In this document: piece by piece, positions 61,129 to 64,000 of the stretch
Numbering within the stretch: position 1 is the stretch's first letter
Layout of the letters: the number at the start of each line of letters is the position of its first letter
Assembly (NCBI GenBank): GCA_963805625.1
Contig: CAWDVE010000025.1
Coordinates: forward strand, 30,726-94,725
From: an uncultured Candidatus Rokubacteria bacterium
GTDB lineage: Bacteria > Methylomirabilota > Methylomirabilia > Rokubacteriales > DASRDR01
DNA length: 64,000 bases
Reading direction: 5' to 3'
The notes under the pieces: model-generated
What the model saw: the letters and a program-made list of their open reading frames with translations, nothing else
Told to the model about the DNA's origin: nothing
Databases searched by the model: none
Position numbers and translations under genes: made by a program

Positions 61129-61503
61129 TTACTCAAGTATTTTCCAGAAAGAATCCTTGCGCGTGATCTTCCCTTGAGAGAACTCAAGCAGGTCAACCCC
61201 CCGCACTTCGATGTGCTGCCCTGACACTGATGTGCCGGTAAGTGTCCATTCAGAGACTCCAAAATCACCACAGATCCAATGCTGATCGTCTCCGTAATGC
61301 ACATCCGGAATCCCCTCAAATCGTTTTGCCAGTCCTGCCCGGACCTCGTTTTTCCCGACATATCGATCGCCACGAGGCCTGGTACCTCTTGGCATATAGA
61401 AAACACAATCATCCGCGAAATAGTTCATAATGGAATCCAGATCGTGGCGATTGAACGCTTCCAGGAATCCCTTCAATAATTCATAGGTCACTTGCCCGGG
61501 CAT
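61129..61503 (-). CDS. SnoaL/NTF2-like protein
   Basis: FLEAFNRHDLD..FADDCVF..SEWTLTGT..VRGVD..KDSFWK; GGAGG RBS. Confidence 0.88.
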   Translation of the reverse strand: MPGQVTYELLKGFLEAFNRHDLDSIMNYFADDCVFYMPRGTRPRGDRYVGKNEVRAGLAKRFEGIPDVHYGDDQHWICGDFGVSEWTLTGTSVSGQHIEVRGVDLLEFSQGKITRKDSFWKILE

Positions 61504-61601
61504 GGGAGAACCTCCATTTGCGATGCCTGATTGAGAAAATATTGGCTATGTTTAAAATAATTTTCGATTCCGAGTGCTTAAAGAGAATAATAATTGCATC
61601 T

Positions 61602-61829
61602 CTACGGGATACGAAAAAATATGTTTGAGTTACGATAATACCATCCAGTAGTCTGACCTGCTCCAGACCTGTGGCTTATCCGGTTTCCGGATTTACGGAT
61701 ATGGATACACTTCCCATCCCTCCACACAACACATTCAGTTTTGAGGCATGGGGTTAATGCGATCGGTATATCACGGTGATACATCAATTCACGAATATCA
61801 TTTTTCTTCACACACCGGTACGATTCCAT
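61602..61829 (-). CDS. Small Cys-containing hypothetical protein
   Basis: C..CLKTECVVWRDGKC pattern. Confidence 0.4.
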   Translation of the reverse strand: MESYRCVKKNDIRELMYHRDIPIALTPCLKTECVVWRDGKCIHIRKSGNRISHRSGAGQTTGWYYRNSNIFFRIP

Positions 61830-62091
61830 GAACCATCAAGCGGAGATTGAAGATATCGATAATTGTCCGGTGAAGAGCGAAAGTGCAATCAGGACTGTTA
61901 CAGAACGCGAATATGATTGTCGTTCAATGCAGATGCAATGTGACTGACTAATTCGCATTAAACCAAATTACACATCCGGTTCAGGAATACGGTTAGAACC
62001 CGGTATGCCCTGCTCCCGTTTTCGATTTTTTAAATTACACACAGTTTACGGTGCACAATACAATTAATAAGCCGGAATCAGATTACCAAGT

Positions 62092-62878
62092 ATGACGCAG
62101 AAGGAGTTTTATGGGGTCAATATAAAGATCTGGCTGACCCTTGTCCTTGCAGCTTCCATCTCCGGATTGCTGCTCATCCCTTACTCACTTGAATTTGCAG
62201 GGCTTAGCCTTTCCTCCTCTCCCTGAATTTCTCGTACTTGCCCTGCTTGCGTTCATTCAATATGCCGTGATGTTTGGCCTGCTTGCGTTCCTTGGCCTGT
62301 GGATATCAAAGAAAATCGGGTTAGAGCCGACTCCTGTGCTGTCGGGGAAAACACGGCTGAAAGAGCACCTGACCCTATCTGTCGTCTCTGGAATTGCCGC
62401 AGGGGTGGGCATCGTGCTCCTTGACCTGCTCCTGGATTTCATGTTCGTCTTTCCTGATATCGGGCCCGGGACGGGAAATCCAGGTGCATTTGTGGGGTTT
62501 CTTGCCTCCTTCTACGGGGGCATAGCAGAAGAGGTGCTCCTGAGGCTCTTCTTTGTTCCATTCCTGTGTCTGCTCATACTAGGGGCCATGAAGCTGCTGG
62601 GATATGCAAAATCATGGAAGCATACGGACACCATAGTATGGGTTTCGGTGGTAATCGCTGCAATCGTATTTGGTCTTGCCCACCTCCCCGGAACTGCGGT
62701 TATCATGCCTATCACATTCGCAGTTATCGTAAGAGCAGTCCTTCTGAATGGCATTGGAGGTGTGGTCTTTGGCTGGCTGTTCTTCAGAAAAGGGCTGGAA
62801 TTTGCCATGATCTCCCATTTTTCACTGGACATTGTACTCCACGTTTTCCTCCCTCTGATAGGATATTCGATCCTTTGA
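62092..62878 (+). CDS. CPBP/Abi (CAAX) intramembrane metalloprotease (frameshift near 62200)
   Basis: GGIAEEVLLR, FGLAHLP, GLEFAMISHF; N-terminus MTQKEFYGVNIKIWL in another frame. Confidence 0.85.
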
Positions 62879-63162
62879 ATCGCACTCGAAAGAAGATATA
62901 TGGGTCGGGGATTAGATGCGCTCTTAAAAGCGCCCGGCCCGGTGGACACGATCCGGTCCTCCGGATGTTTGATGAAGGCGGGATTATGCGAAAGAGCGAA
63001 AAGGCATGGCTCAGGAAGGACGTACATGGAGTATCCCGCGAGATCCGGGAAATAAAAAAACAGATTCTCTGATTTTTCCTCTGACAGGGAATCACTTCAC
63101 GAACCTGGCAGGAGTTTATCATCCGTGGGTCTGGATATTGCCCTCCTGAAACCCCCTGCGAG

Positions 63163-63364
63163 AATTCTGGTACATCAGGGCCCGCAGCAGGCCCGGTTGT
63201 ACCTCTTTTCCCTCAACCCCCGGATTCTGGAGGTCATAATTCACAAAAATGCGGAACCGGGCCGGAATAATTGCAGGTTCTCCGGCGGGAATGGATGAGG
63301 TCATATTTAGCGATGTTACAGGGTCAAAAGGGGAGGGGATATGTTTAGGGATGTGGAGGGTTCT
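63163..63364 (+). repeat. Dispersed ~200-bp intergenic repeat, copy B
   Basis: Direct, diverged copy of 60802-61002. Confidence 0.88.
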
Positions 63365-63468
63365 GGCAGGAGGTTTTTTCCCCGCGAACTCCTCCCGCCC
63401 GGAAAAATGCTCCAAAGGAATGCCATGTATCTTGAGTGGCCGGACTTTACGGATTGAAAAATGGAACA

Positions 63469-64000
63469 TTATTTCCGGATTTTCCTGACGAACCATGCAA
63501 TGTTCTCGCCCAGTTGTTTCATTGTGGCGATCCCTTCCTTATCGGATTCAACATCTCCGGGCATGAAGCCCTTCGCATTATTCCAGTAACTGGAATCCTG
63601 TACAGAACATCCCGCTGATGGTGAAATAATGGTTGATCGTATCAACGGCACAGACTGCGCCAGATCTCCGGTCGACCGCAACCGCTGCACCGAGTGTTTT
63701 CTGCCGGAAGATATCCCCGTTCATCTTTGCAACAAAGAATGCACGATCCATGAAAGCCTTTATTTCCGGTGTGACACCAGCAAAATACGTGGGTGTCCCG
63801 ATAATGATCGCGTCCGCATCAATCATTTTCAGGATACTCCTGTTCACAATGTCATCGTCCAGCGCGCACTGCCGGTTGAGGGTCTCAAGACATACCCCGC
63901 AGACCGTGCACGGGTGGATGTTCTCACCGCCGATCTGGATGATTTCCTGGAACCTATTTCTGGGACGTTCGATCTCATCGAGAATGTGCTGGAGGAGACG
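63469..64000 (-). CDS. Iron-sulfur flavoprotein (Isf)/flavodoxin family, 5' end outside the window, frameshifted
   Basis: CTVCGVCLETLNRQC (Cx2Cx2Cx7C), ADAIIIGTPTYF, KAFMDR, SSYWN..D.EG..TM..LGENIAW. Confidence 0.88.

Larger units (their letters stand above)
51275..64000. other. Low-GC segment of probable methanogen (Methanomicrobiales-like) origin
   Basis: GC 46/60 at 51181-51240 versus 22/60 at 51361-51420; GGTGA/AGTGA RBS; TATA-like boxes; Isf flavoprotein. Confidence 0.75.

Noticed and set aside
62986-63072. 28-aa ORF MRKSEKAWLRKDVHGVSREIREIKKQIL
   Set aside because: Plausible small protein, but too short to support without a conservation search.
51275-64000. Prophage, ICE or integron
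   Set aside because: No integrase, att site, phage or conjugation genes; contains ordinary chromosomal genes (Isf, CPBP, SnoaL).

Overview
The window contains two very different kinds of DNA. Positions 1 to ~51,290 are very GC-rich, gene-dense bacterial chromosome; the gene style resembles Ca. Rokubacteria/Methylomirabilota, which is an inference because no marker gene is present. This part holds housekeeping genes (uppS, queG, pncA, def, mutY, tldD/pmbA, uppP), a tandemly duplicated dppABC operon, a sigma54 two-component locus and a PemK/MazF TA pair. After ~51,290 the sequence becomes abruptly AT-richer and looks like a methanogen (Methanomicrobiales-like): GGTGA/AGTGA RBS, TATA-like boxes, an Isf flavoprotein, and a defence cluster of a GIY-YIG protein, a type IIG RM enzyme, a PD-(D/E)xK nuclease and Mrr. 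An assembly chimera is the most likely explanation for the junction. Dense frameshifts at 22-27.7 kb and 52-64 kb suggest uncorrected long-read errors. Best leads: (1) a hidden UGA-recoded UGSC selenoprotein with a clear SECIS hairpin, in an operon with an uncharacterised partner and a CDGSH Fe-S protein; (2) a candidate ~185-nt structured ncRNA next to it; (3) a short MutY coupled to an unusual UDG-Nudix fusion; (4) a sigma54-driven Gly/Ser-rich secreted protein with a TPR partner; (5) a ThiG paralog lacking canonical catalytic residues; (6) a ~200-bp dispersed intergenic repeat in the archaeal-like segment. No rRNA, tRNA, CRISPR array or transposase was recognised.
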